From Takakia lepidozioides (taxonomy: Eukaryota; Plantae; Bryophyta), in assembly GCA_030704615.1 (NCBI GenBank), contig CM060731.1:79794001-79858000 (forward strand): a DNA stretch of 64,000 bases, given 5' to 3'. Both the position numbers and the translations under genes were made by a program. Shown here piece after piece: positions 44,273-57,430 of this stretch; the first letter of the stretch is position 1, and each line of letters opens with the position of its first letter. Under the pieces are notes generated by a model. It did no database searches, was not told the origin of the DNA, and saw only the letters and a list, made by a program, of their open reading frames with translations.

Positions 44273-45868
44273 GACCCCATACCCGACCCTCTACCCCTTA
44301 AAAATCGCATTTCCTCCTCTCTCCCCCCCCCCCCCAACACGCACACACTTACTCTTCACTGGAAGAGTGTACAGTACACAAGGGCAAGAGGGTTTTGTTG
44401 TTTTGAATCTGCCTGTCCGTCCAACACTAGAGCTAGAATAGAACACGTCCATGGCTGGATTAGGGGTGACTTTATTAGTCTGATTTGCCCAGTAACCAAT
44501 GTTATGGCATCCAAGCCATTCTTGACAATCGTGCAGGTGGTCTCCTTTGCAGTTGGCACACAGATATACTGAACACAGTTGATAATTGGTAGACATGTGT
44601 GGTTTGTGTTAACCATGGTTAGGGTGTAATTACCCCCTAATGTATAACTTATTGGCTGGATCTTATGATCTCCCACAGTAAAGCCCTGTTTGAGGATTGG
44701 GCCATTGTGCATTTGTAACATTGTAGTTTGGATGCTTGTTTTCTGGACTGACCAACTGTCTGTACCCCAAAAGAGCAACATGAGGATACTTTACATACAG
44801 GTGCAAAAGATCATATCTTTAATTTACCAAGATCTCTTATTTCAGTGGAAGGGTTTCATTTTGTGAAGTTCTGTGTACTCGCGTATTACAGGTTGTGTAC
44901 ACCTGACAGCGTTTTGACATCTAGCTGTTTCCTTTATCTTGGGTCTCTCTCTACACAGGTTGATGTCCTCTTGGTTGAAACCTGAAACAGGGGGTGAAAA
45001 TTTGAAAACAAATGCATGCAGCTGAGATACTATCTCAATACAGCCACCTCGAAGGAGATATCCACCTGGTTGAGGCTATGGATGAGCCAGTAGTCCACTT
45101 GCAGGAGTGTGCTATGGAAATGTACACATTAACAAAGCTCTAATGGGAATTGGGATGAGGGCCTGGGATGGGAGGGACGGGATACACAAGATACTGCCAA
45201 CAAGAAATCACTTTCAGGAGGGGACTTCAAGAGCTTGACATTGCAGCCATAATACATTCAAGCAGCACCCTAAAGATATCTTAAGACCTCAAAATAATAC
45301 TACATTATATCATTGAAGGAATCATATATCCTTGTCGTGAACTTAAAACTGCACAGGACCTTCAACACTGCCAGATTACTGTTTCTTACAGCACAAATAA
45401 ACCAGTGATCTTTCCACAAATAGCTAATCTGACCTACAAATGAATGCATGTTGCTCAACGGGATGACACCTCTTTCGTGACACAGGCTCGTCTCATAACC
45501 ACAACCCTGCCAGTTTCAATATCTAGCAATTGGAAGTCTGGAGATGAATGCATCTACCTGACCTCACTTGTTGGCTGTTTTCTTGAAAGTGAATAATAGA
45601 ATATGACCTTTGACCTAGCCTTTGTTCTCACTTCTCACCTCCCAGATTGCACCCTATTAATGAGAATTTTCCACATAGCTAAGCAATTTTCTTGCTTTTT
45701 CACCTATGGCTTGGCACATTCATCCAGTGCGAGAGTCACTTGTAATGAGACGTAGAGGTTCTTAACCCAAAAATGTAGCTTCTCTCAGAAGAGGAAATTC
45801 CAACACAAGTTGACACCACTAGAGGCAGTGCACAACGAAAATACTCGAAATAGTTCCGAGGTCATATG

Positions 45869-48800
45869 TCACAAAAGCTTCAAACTCCCAGTTACATCAT
45901 CCACCAAGTGTCTGGGCCCTGCGCAGAAAAAGGCACTTCAGCAGCAAGGAATCTTATTGTAAACTCATGGTATCCTTGGCACTGCCTCTTGCAGACTCTC
46001 TCCACTCAATTCCCACAACACTCTTCATTGGCTGGGAATGAGACGAAATTGCTGGCAGGGTTCCGTGCACAAGAAAAGTCAACGCACACATACCTACCTA
46101 GTTCCTGTTTCTTCCAATTGTCATACATCCTACTAACATCCTAAATCCAATGAACATTGAATTGAAACTTTCTGTTCTTCCAAATACGCAGGATGCAGCC
46201 GCGGTTTCTAATGCTCAATGTGCCCAATGAAGGTTTTTGATACTATGACACCTGTTGATAACTTTTTAATTTGGACAAATATGGGAATGACCTGCTACTT
46301 CACTGTGGGAGTATACAACTTGGATCCCAGGAAAAAAGAGCATACCCATAATAGCCATCACTGTCTTCGAGTCTGCAGGACAACCAAACACCCAAAACCC
46401 CCATCTGAGTCGACAAACCCGAAACATAGTGTATGTATCCATGGACATATGCAGACATGTATGTATCTGAGACACAAGCGTCTTTGGATACTTCAAGAAC
46501 TGCAACTTGCAAGGTGGAACCTTTTACCAGAGTAGGCCACCAACACAGTGCCAATACATTGCTGCCCACGGACGAATACAAAATATCAATGAGTTCAATG
46601 CCGCAATATAGCATTGAAATAAATCAAGCAGCCCAGTAAACCATATCAGAAGGCCATAACAGCCTTAGCCAAGCTACAATATACCAACTCCTGAGTCTGT
46701 GTGCAGGTGCCAGTTGATCTCGTCACAGACCACACCTCAGGGAGACACACCCTTCGTTCAAAGAGCCTTATTGTATTCTTACAATACTTTTTTCTTTATC
46801 TTTTCCCATTTTCCATGCCATGAACATAGGCCTCTTTGCTGAAGGGTTTGTGGTCAATCCACTTAAGAGAGGTGAATGGATCACCTACCAACTGGGGACA
46901 CGGATGGAAACAAAATCTGGCAGAAGACTGCGTCTGAGCAAAATGAAAGACTGGGAATCTGAACTACCCCAGTAATGCTCTAAACATATCCAAGGTTCCC
47001 CCATTCCAGGTACGCCCTTGGAGGAGGTAAGGAACCACCTGACACATTCTTCATATTACCACCTGATTATGCATATACAAAGAGGTTAGGGGTAGTATGG
47101 CGTCGGTGGGGTATATAGACGGTGATTTGAGGATAAATATGAAGGGGTGCAGGTGGTTGTATTTTAAGAGAACCCTTGAGTCATTCTTCATAAATAGCTT
47201 TAAATAAGCATATATAGGTCATAGACATACCTACATCTAATCTCAGCATACGCAAGCATTGGTATATACACTAGTGATCTGCTCTATTACAACCATGTGC
47301 TCTTCTAACAGGTAAGCTTCTAGCATTCTAGCATTCAAAAGACTTCAAGGGAACAAAGATTCTCTCCCCCACCCCACTTTGCAAAAGTCATAAGAGAGGG
47401 TAGCACATACTGGGGGCAATCTGAGTGCGACCAGCATCAATGGTGATGTGACAAGGCAATTTCAGCGTCTTCGCTCTGTTCTGCTTCCTCATAAGTCCCC
47501 CATACAGAAGACAGTTGTCAACACCTAACCCAGCACTGGAACTCCATGAATCACATGCATCAATCATAAATACTATGACCCTATATATCCATCTCTTGTA
47601 GAAGAGACATGGCCTGAATGATGACCTCCTACAACTGCAGAGATTGCATGGGAGAAAAATACATATGTAAAGACTAAGCACACAAAATGACTTTTTAAGT
47701 ACTAGGACTATGGCTAGCCCCACATTCAATGATTTGCAATAGTAAATGTGAGGCCAACCAAAAACTCTGAAGACCAAAATTGAGAGTTTCGTTGTCCACC
47801 ACAACGCACTTATTCTGGCAGCAAGCACCTGTAAAAAAAGCATTTCCTCCTCGCTCTCAACTTTGATGACCACCTTGACTTGTGAGCACATCTCCCATCT
47901 GTGTCCCAACACATGCACACAATAAGTCCAACAGGCTCAGCCACGCTGGTATCCTGTAACCGACCAATAATCATTTCTGTGATATACATCTTTGGATTGG
48001 ATGCAAAGAACACAAGGCCAAGCAAAGAAAGTGAAGGCAAAGGGGAGAGTCAGAATCCCAGGATGGCCAACCAAGCATAACCAAGGAGTATCAATGCACA
48101 AGTGTGAAAGGAGATGCAGTACCTCTGAAGGGCTTTGGGGGCCCTGTAAAAAATCTTCTTATACAACCCTAGTGTGGCATGGCTGCAAAGCAATCAGCAC
48201 ACCACAATTGAAACAATGAGACAGATTGGCCATGCAAGGGCATGACCAACTCCATCAGACAAGGAGGTTACCCCAATCTGCCATGCATAGAGCTCAAGAC
48301 CCACTGACCCCTTTGACAAAATTGGCCAGCAGTTATTAGATTCCTGGGAGCTACTCTACAGGAGCTACCATTTGTATCACCAACCCTAGTCAAGTTACTG
48401 CAAATTCGTCTGATTACAAGAAACTGAAAAATATGGATGCAATATCTCAAGAACGGACGGGCAGGCACACAGACCTGCATTGAGCAGCCACTTTGCCTTT
48501 CCCCATTTTCAAGTCATTGCGAACCACCAAAACCTATTATTCACCACCAGAACACCCCATCCTGCGCAGCTGTCAGTACGGCAACTCAAGGAATTTACAG
48601 GATTGATATCCTTCTTATTCTTGCCATATGCAAAGGCAATTGCTACCCAGGAGGTCCTTAAAGGTCTGAGAGCAATTGCTACCCAGGAGGTCATTAAAGG
48701 TCTGAGATCAATTGTGATGCCTTAAACCCTAATTTGGGAATCCTCCATTGCGAACACATAGTGAATCGGCCATGACAAGGCCTTTCCAATCTTTAGTACA

Positions 48801-49955
48801 CTAGAGGGTAACTCCCTCAAAAGCTCCATGACCCTTCAAGAAAACGTAGCACCAGAAGGCAGCGGACTTCCCCTCAGAGTCAATAACAAGATGACAATTA
48901 TCACAGTACTTGCCCTAGAGACTGGAACCATTACTAAGCAGATTTTCGGGCAGCCCCTTGGTCTAATGTGCTCTTGGTTTTGATGATCACTAGGGGAGTG
49001 TTTTCGCGTAGACCCTGATCATGTTGCGAACAACTAAATTTCTAATGCGAAAACCTAGAAGAAAGTGAGGGAGGGTTGAAATGGAGGTTCAACTGGTTGG
49101 AAACCAGGTAGTCGCATCGGAACCCAACCACAAACACCGTCCCTTCGCTTTCTATTCATTTGGGAAGAGAACAAGTAGTTTCCACATAGAAGTGAGAAGT
49201 GCACTGAAGCTACTTCCATACACAATTACGACTAACACTCTTACAAAACCATGTGTGTTTAAACGCAGCTCCATCGACCTTGTTCCATTAATATATATTG
49301 TGGAGAAAGACAAGAGAGAGAGAAATGTGAATATTCTCATCGCCACAATGGTTGAAGCCGACAAAACGGACATTCATAGGAGTACTTCTAGGCCAAATAA
49401 TTATCCTTCAGCTCCATAGAATGAAGTCTAAAGAGACTGCAAACAAAACTCGACTTATCCATTATCTCAGACTAAAAAACAAACTACAAACTTAGACCTT
49501 CGAGTATCGAGAAATGGTTCGTGGTTTTTCCTGTCCGCACTGTAGCTAGACTACTCAAGCCGTATGATTGTCAGTGTGTAACATCATCGACCTTCTAGAC
49601 GCCCCTACAATCAAGTGACAGGGGATTGCATTTTACATCGTAGCTTGCACTAGTACATAATTCTGGCCAAGATCGATGTTCATCGAATCCAAGCGCAAGC
49701 GGGCTCTACGGATCCAAAAAAACTTGAAGAAAACATAGGGAGTAAACCCTAACCCTAAACCGCGAGACTCACCATTTTAAAATCCTCGAAATCGTCTGCA
49801 AGACTCTCCACTTCATGACGCTCTTCCTTTCCGTGGTACTGCGTAATATCTGGAGACAAAAGGCGGTTTATGGCCCTCCGTTTAGCAATGAAATAGCCGA
49901 TCGCCAAAGCACCCGCCCCCACTGCCATAAGCTGCAGAAATTGGTACCGACTCAT
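45869..49955 (-). CDS. PTH2: Peptidyl-tRNA hydrolase 2, 7 coding exons: 49955-49773, 48533-48475, 48182-48123, 47898-47829, 47480-47411, 46372-46346, 45918-45869
   Basis: N-terminal TM anchor, then [32 protein letters not shown]...WEMCSQVKVVIK...ITIDAGRTQIAPNSKTVMAIMGP..LVDDVTGSLKLL*; all GT-AG with matching phases. Confidence 0.95.
48636..48714. repeat. 36-bp tandem duplication in PTH2 intron 1
   Basis: gcaattgctacccaggaggtc(c/a)ttaaaggtctgaga at 48636 and 48672. Confidence 0.9.
48871..48995 (-). ncRNA. Candidate intronic box C/D RNA in PTH2 intron 1 (target unclear)
   Basis: Minus strand CCCCTA-GTGATCA (C-like box)...CTGA-GGGG with a terminal stem; the guide CTTGTTATTGACT matches 18S GGCAAUAACAGG only imperfectly. 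Confidence 0.3.
49498..49600 (-). ncRNA. Diverged paralog of the U27-like snoRNA at 57102-57203, in PTH2 intron 1 (possibly a pseudogene)
   Basis: tgtccgcactgtagc...tactc...ttgtca..gt.ta.catcatcgac shared with 57138-57195; box C ATGATG kept, 18S guide mutated. Confidence 0.5.
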
Positions 49956-52900
49956 CTCCTCCTCCTGTCTACTTCAGGACTGAAATTCCTTGTCTCACTC
50001 TCCAGAAGGCGTGCATCAATTCCTCAATTCAGTGAGACAAAAAGGGGCTACCTAGCGAGTAGCATCCGTTCGATGCAACCAGACATCACCAATTCCTCCC
50101 CGTTTCTTCTCTTCGACTCATTCAGTCTAAAAACTCGCAGCCCTCTCTCATCAGACAACCAGCTTCTAACCCCTCCCAAAACCCTGCGGCAACGGTTTCA
50201 CTCAGAAGGGTCCTCCTTGGGCATCAAATTCTGCTCGAAACTCAACAGGTATACTTATTTCACCTGAAATGTTCACGACCCATTAGGGCAGCCCAATATG
50301 TCGATAAATCATGGGCTGTATATGGGAACACGGCAGCAGAATAGAGCGAGGTAATTAAAGTGTTCCCCATTCGACATTCATCCGCCGCTATGGCGCGCTC
50401 ATAATACACTCTGACAGAAGCCCTGTCAACTATTATCCCGGGCCCACGCCCCATTATGAGGATGCCTTCGTTTTTTTATGCCGTGCGCCCGATACTGTAC
50501 CGGGAGCGCCTGACACTCCGCCACCCTTGCTTTCCGCGGTGCGGGCCCAGCGACCCCGCCCCGTACGTACATGTGGATATACGTATATACTACATACGTG
50601 CTCTTATGCCATCCTTCACCTGCCATTATGGCGGGTAAGGTGGCGGCGAGCCCAGAAGCCATCATGATGGCAGGTGCGAGCCCGTTCCGTGGTTTAAGGG
50701 GTTGCGCCTGCCAGCCTCTGATTGGCTGTAGACTATAATCAGCCTGTACAAAGTGGAACAGGCCATTCTGTCATGGCATTATCAGCCAGTGGAAAGAGCG
50801 GGAAGCGGTTCTGCTTCTGAATCCTCCCTCGTCAAATTCGACAGAATCGGCAAGTAGAATGGATCAAACGAATAGAAGATGAAAGCAGAACCCAAAAACT
50901 TATGGGGACACGAGACTGGGACATTGAGATACGAGTAGAAAGGGAGAGTATTACATTAGGGATCTTGCCAGGTCTCAGGTCTAGGTAGGGGAGCAAGCTC
51001 AGCTTTTGCAGTGCATTATGGCCTCTCCGGTCCCCACCATCAGTTCTCGTCATAGCTTGCCCGCTCAAGAGTACCCTGTGACTGGACGCTGATAAGTACG
51101 TGAGATTGCATGCAGACAATTGGAATGCCGCCTTCCGTTTACGGAAAAGGAAGATAAAATTTCGATTCAGTGTTGACTCATGATCAGGTCACCAGCTTCA
51201 ACAGATGTTTTCAACCTATTACGTAAGTAGTGGCTAAAATGTTTTGAGCGTGAGAATGAGTTCGGATGCTGGTTTGGGAGCCGACTTTGCCGTCTTTCCC
51301 CAACTAAATACTTTCTGGAGCGAGGTCAGAATGGAACAAAAGACACTCTCTGGTGAGGGTACAACAAGCCAGGCACCGAGCATCAAAACAGTAACGAGAG
51401 GGTCTCTAGTTCATGAAAGTCGCCCATATATTCACAAATGGAAAATACTCGGGAAATCTCTTTTACCTGTCAGACATCCATGCAGCATCCACACGTAGCT
51501 GATCGCACCCTGACGGCTTCAGCATTTTGATACATATATGGAGTTAGATTCTAGATTGTCCTGTCATTCCTCTGTCTTATTGGCAATGATTCACTTCGAC
51601 CGCTAGGCTGTGGTTGTGCATGCATCGGATTTCTGTCCGTATGCCTCTATATCAGTGCCATTATTGCAGAGTACTTTAACGGGACTTTGCCTGCCGCTCT
51701 TGGAAGTGTTGGAGCAAAGCTGTCCCTCTCCCTCATCTCCCTCTCCTTCAACCACCTGCATTGGAGTCCGTGGCTGCACAACGAACAGTTCGTCATCGTT
51801 TCCAAGGAATTGCTTTGAGCGGCTCGGTTGCACTCGAACAGCCTCTACTCTTCACGTAAGCAGCTTGCATGTACCTTCATGAGTGCAATCTTTAGTGTTG
51901 AATGCTCACGTAAGGTTTCGAACTGTCTCCGAGTATTTCGCAGGTGAAATACGGAACTCGTGTGATATCAAATTATAAGTTCAAAGTCGTATCTACTTAG
52001 AAATAGCTATATATGACATTCGGAAGCTTCCCAAATTCGCAATTTCGTGTATACTACGTATATTATACACGTACTACTTAACAATGCGTGAAATCAATCT
52101 CATGCCCTCTATGCATCCCGGTCAAGACAACTTTAGAACTGAAGGTTGTCATCACAGAGCGTTTTCCTGGCTGAAGATTTTCAGTTGAACACTGAAAGAA
52201 TGCACTCTGAAAGGATCCTTTAAATTTTTCGTGTAAGTTGTGTAAGAGCAAGAGAGAGAGAGAAACTCAAAACTAGTCGAAATGGGCATGCATCGTGTCA
52301 CGTTCTGCAGGTTTCGTACATGTATATGTCTATTTAATACTTTTATGGGCTCTGCCAATGGGAATCTGAATGTCTCCCCGGAATGCTTGCGAGTGACATT
52401 CTTTGTGCAAATATCTACGTGCAACAGTGAAGAAGAAATTGGCTTGCACATGTGACACTACACTCTTCGTGAAGGTTGACCAGGATCGCAGGAGAGCCTC
52501 TCTTGATCAACTTAAGTTGGCCGTCATGGAGACTATCGTAGCCAAAGAGGAAGCCAAGATAGAAATACGTATTGCGAGCACCAGAATTATCAGATGGATC
52601 AACTCCCTTACCTTCGTAAGTCCCACAACTCCTGTAAATTTCGTGCATGCAAAGTCTGTACAAAATTTGAAATGCCTCTGCTTCGCACTTTCTTCTTATT
52701 TCATTCACTGTAGTAATGAGGGGATTACACTCAATGAGAGTCTCTCTCTAACTCTAGTAACCTGTTACCCTTCAAATTTGAGTTGGCAGCATTTTCGCTA
52801 AGTTGTGACCCGATCTACTCCACTCTGAGAAACTCTTTGAATGGTTACGTTGAATGCAGTTGCTTGGACTGGCGATTCTAGGATTGGGCATTTGGTTGGC

Positions 52901-55900
52901 GACCAGACATGGTGAATGCGAGAAGTTTTTGACTGCACCCGTGTTCATTATTGGGACTTTGATAGTTGTCGTGTATGCTCTCGGCACCCGCTTTGTCTCC
53001 ACCTTCACCTTCCTTTTTGGATGATAACAGCCCGGAGAATAACCCCAGAGTGATCTTAAAGGCTTTGTAACCTGGGGTCAATGGCTAGAAATGACCACCC
53101 CTGGGACATTTATCATTGCGTCCTGAATGCTGGCCAATCTAATCAAGAACACGCGCTTGAGCAACACTAATGGACTTCGACAGCAGGCATCGTACCGAAT
53201 CCAGAATGAGTCAATAGTCTACAACATACAGAGTGCCTCCTCTCTTGTGCAGACACACAAGGTTCATGAACACACGCGTAGTGTAATACAATGCATTAAT
53301 CATTGAGTATGTTTTGAGGAAATCACTTACTGATGAATTCAGTGGTCGTTGTCTGCAGATCGCTGCTGGGGTTCATAGGCACCTGGTTTGCCTTTACATC
53401 TCTCCTCTATCTCGTATCCTCACTGTCCTCTTACCTGAAATTTCTTTACCTGTTTAAATTCTACAAGAGGAGGAGACAATTTGATCTTGAAATAGGATTG
53501 TATAGCAAACGCTGCCACAGCAGAAGGAATTCTGTTCACGGTAAAATTAAATATGATCACTGATGTACATCATGTCAAGCCATCCGGGGAGAGTGTTCGA
53601 TCAATTAGCCAGCTTTCAGCCTTCTTTGGCAAGGGACCATCCCCTAAAGGAGGCAGTATCCGCAAGGGGAAGAGATTCTCCAGGCGTCCTCTCTCTCTGG
53701 ATATGAAGTTCCTGAAGACTAATGAAAACTACATCTAACGCATAGCGCAACGGTGGTCGTGATTTCCTTAATCAGATGATTGATGCAGTATCTGGTGGTG
53801 ATGTTCTTTCTGATCCTCCTTCTTGCAGCGTTGACAATTTTCGCGTAAGATTCTCTACTGTTACATGGTACATGGTATTATATTTGTCAGGTAAATGTGC
53901 TTTGGTTGTAGAGGAAAGGGGGGGGGGGGGGGAGGGAGGGAGAACGTGCACGGGAAAAAGAAGCTATTATGGCACATCGCAAAGGAAAGATAGAATAACT
54001 AGAGTTCAGTACAACCAGCCGCCACAACTAGGTACAACTTAAGCCCACTGGAGTGACGTGAGCACTAATTTTGAGAGCCTCGAGTACATACGCGGCAGGG
54101 TATCTTCGCGCTGGAAATTCCAGTCAAAGAGTGGCTGTTCCTGAAAAGGCAAAAGTAGCGACCCTACAGTAGGGGAAATGAAAGAAGAAATGTCCTTCAT
54201 ACCGCAATCTCGACGGTTTGCAATGTAGCCTATCTTCTGTGCCAGATGTGGTGATCGTGAAAGAACCTAAAAATTATCGTATCTTGCCTTCATCTTCCAT
54301 ATTAACCCGGTATTTGGTGATGCAGCTTCGTAGTGACAGCCAAAGGAGGTGGCCATACAGTGCCTGGCCAAAGGTAAGCTGCTAAAAACGTGAAATCTCA
54401 TTGCTCGGGACAGTCAAGCGTTCATTCTCTGTGCTAAATTGAGCGATTTGACACAGAGCAACCTGTGAGGCCAAGTAAGCGGTCAATTTGCTTAGTAAGG
54501 GTGCATCAATGCTTTCGCAAGTGACAAACATCAGAGGCATCCTAACGTAGCTATGGTGGTGAGCAGATTCGAGGAGTACAGGCTTGGGGACTACTCTAAC
54601 TGGCTCCAAAACCAGGTAGAAGTTTGGCCGTATTTAAAGTTGCTTTTAGGCCACAGCCACATGTAGATCCCCTAGCGCATTTCACTCCTCCAACATTGCT
54701 TCTTTAGCTCAGCTGCAGCCGCAAGTTGTCTCGATTGTTGAACTTGGCAAATGGTGGTTTATAGATTTATTCGATAGCAGAAACCATAGAATAACGAGCG
54801 CGTGCGTTTGTAACAGCACGCCGCACGCCGAACAGTACTAACCTATCTGTCTCCGTCTGTCTGCTCTAGTTAAAAGACTCGTCGAATTGGAGGAAACTTC
54901 GTAGTTGCTTGGGGAGCAGCAAGTCCTGCACGGAAATCTACACAGACTACCAGGCAAGCGCCTACTTAGACAAAGCAGTACAATGTATGGATTCCCTTCA
55001 TTCAATTGTTGAAGAACTTACATACTTCCCGCAGGTCTCTAGAAGCAAACTTTAGGCCTAATGCTGTAAGCTTTGTCTGTACAATGTGTTAGAAAGCTAT
55101 ACATTGATTTCTGAGTGTTGCAATACTCGGGTACAGACCGTGGACGAATATCAAAATGCAGATCTGAATCCCATACAGTCAGGCTGCTGTCGACCTCCCT
55201 CAGAGTAGGTCCTTCCTGACTGTATAACTTATTTCTCCTTCTCTACGTTCATGAAAGGAGTTCTGGCGTCTTTGCTTGATTCTCCTTAGCATGGTTGTAG
55301 TAGCATTGTATCCTTTCTTCGATACCCGTCAGAGTACTAAATGTCCGGGAATCATCTGCTCGTATGTTGGTCTATTCATTTACACACATGCATTTGGAGC
55401 TGTTTTTTTTTTTAATGAACAGGGGACAGTGGCACTGGAAGCTTTATTAATAAGGTAGAGCTGTTTATATGGCACAGAGATGAGAACGTGTGAAATAGGA
55501 TGCTCAAAATGTACAATTGGTTTCTGAGTTGTGCAAATAATACTGCAGATGTGGCTACACTATTATAAGTCCCGTGAGATTTGACACAGGAAGTTCGCCC
55601 CAGAGCTCTGACCCTGACTGCGACCTGTACAGTAACGACCCGTCCATTAAGTGCTACAACTGCAATTCTTGCCGGTATGTACGAGTGTATACAAATCCGT
55701 TTTCAACACCCCCTCTACTATTTACAAGTGTTTAAAGTCTAAAGGTACAGCTTGTACGAGACCATCCCAACATTTTGATGGAAACCCAACTGAAAGATCT
55801 CTTTTTTGCAATGTTGGCAGGGCTGGAGTTGCACAACAGATAAAGAAGGACTGGCATATTGCAGGCATCGTTTGCATCATCCTCCTCGTTCTTCTGGTAA

Positions 55901-56037
55901 TTCCTTTCGTACTTTCGTTGTTCATATGCTCAGCTTTCAAAAAAAGGCAAAGACAGTCATTTACTATTCACATCTTTAGATATTGCCAGCCACACAAACA
56001 TTTTTTTCATTTACAAATTTGTTTAGGGCATTTGTTC

Positions 56038-56119
56038 AGGCACCTTAATATGATCTAAAGGGTCTGAAATGAAAATGAATTTTTTTTTGTCAGACCCTTT
56101 AGATCATATTAAGGTGCCT
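56038..56119. repeat. Perfect 30-bp inverted repeat with 22-nt spacer; Tourist-like mini-MITE or hairpin
   Basis: aggcaccttaatatgatctaaagggtctga (56038-56067) / tcagaccctttagatcatattaaggtgcct (56090-56119); the GGCACC...GGTGCC core is flanked by TCA/TTA. Confidence 0.85.
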
Positions 56120-56951
56120 TAGAAAAAATAACCAAGACAGGAAGCCGTATAGCATATACAGCGCAACTCAAAAATCAACCACCTGGGGCTAAGCTCTACC
56201 CCCAAATCTAGGTTTTACTGTTTTTTCCATTGACTTCGAAGTCAGCATTGACCAGACGAAAAACATACTAATCGAAATTCACTGGCATGTGGTACAGATT
56301 GGGGTGTACATGATAGGATGTGCTGCAGGGAGATACGCTTACCTGGATTACTACAGCAGAGTTTGAACAACGGACTTGTTTCATGTAAACTAGTAGATGT
56401 AGAATTAAATCTCTTGAAATATCACCGTAAGCATAAACGTGCAACCCACATAAACAGACTGCCTCAACAAATCCAATCCAATTGGCGAACTTGGATCAAC
56501 AAACACTAGGGAGCACCACATCAGGATGCTTGTTACACTTAAAACGTGTGTACACAGGCTTTTCTAGTGAATATCTTTTTAATAACTTCTGATAACTCTA
56601 GTCGAGCCATTTCAGAAAGTCAATTCTATGGTTCCACACACATTCGTTATCATTATTTGGTTCTTGGCATTAGTTGCGTGCTACACAGTTTAGACACTTG
56701 AAAACTGATGTAACATTACTGGGCATGATATGGACCAGACATGGACCACTCATGCAACGACTGTCGTAAGAGTAACACTGTGTTATACAAGGAGCCGAAT
56801 GTTCACGAGAATCGCAGGCGAAGAGGTAAAATGAACAAAAATCGATTTACTGACCCCTGACAAAGACGATGAAACAAACATACCCACACCCCACTAATGT
56901 ACGACATTCGACGCTTCACAATAACCAAGAATCATACAACCAGGAAAGCCA

Positions 56952-57044
56952 GCGTCAGATAGGAGCGAAAGACATTCATTGCAGATATTCATTGCTGCAG
57001 AACATGCCTGCTTACTCATCTGAACTATGCAAATCATCATCCGC
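56952..57044 (-). ncRNA. Box C/D snoRNA, U80/snR60-like double guide for LSU rRNA
   Basis: GCG stem, box C ATGATGA; guide GCATAGTTCA + D' ATGA (antisense to 25S UGAACUAUGC, +5 = yeast Am817 site); guide GTCTTTCGCTCCTAT + box D CTGA (antisense to AUAGGGGCGAAAGAC, +5 = yeast Gm908 site). rRNA sequences and numbering are from memory. Confidence 0.88.
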
Positions 57045-57101
57045 CAGCTCCCAAAAAAGGAAGCCACTAGTAAAATAAGTGAAATGACCGCTGAAAAGTG
57101 T

Positions 57102-57203
57102 CCAGAAATGATCTCAGATCGTCCTAGTCAATGTTGTGTCCGCACTGTAGCAGGCTACTCGAGACATATGCTTGTCAATGTTTAGCATCATCGACATTTC
57201 TGG
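57102..57203 (-). ncRNA. Box C/D snoRNA, U27/snR74-like (18S Am28 guide) with a second 18S guide
   Basis: Perfect 9-bp terminal stem CCAGAAATG/CATTTCTGG, box C ATGATGC; guide GACAAGCATATG (antisense to 18S CAUAUGCUUGUC); guide GACTAGGACG before box D CTGA (antisense to plant 18S CGUCCUAGUC). Confidence 0.82.
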
Positions 57204-57342
57204 ACACCGCGGCAACCACTAGGAACTCAAAAACCAATCTCGACTTAGATATACCATGATTGATTACACAAACTAACCAGGCGACTTACTGGTGATCAAG
57301 TGGCATGAGATCCTACACCGGGACTCTGAAACGGCAGTAAGA

Positions 57343-57430
57343 GTCTCAGAAGGAAGGCAGTTCGGTCCGTGAGTATCATAGTCTATGACTCAATAGCATT
57401 ATAATTGCTGGAACCTTCTTCATCACTGAT
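57343..57430 (-). ncRNA. Box C/D snoRNA guiding the 18S site equivalent to yeast Am420 (snR52 target)
   Basis: Box C GTGATGA (57426-57420); guide CTGCCTTCCTT directly before box D CTGA (57349-57346), antisense to 18S AAGGAAGGCAG; the +5 rule hits the A after AAGG. Confidence 0.8.

Noticed and set aside
51600-53740. Short coding-looking ORFs between PTH2 and the snoRNA cluster
   Set aside because: I could not assemble them into a consistent spliced gene or recognise a family; possibly a decayed gene or repeat.
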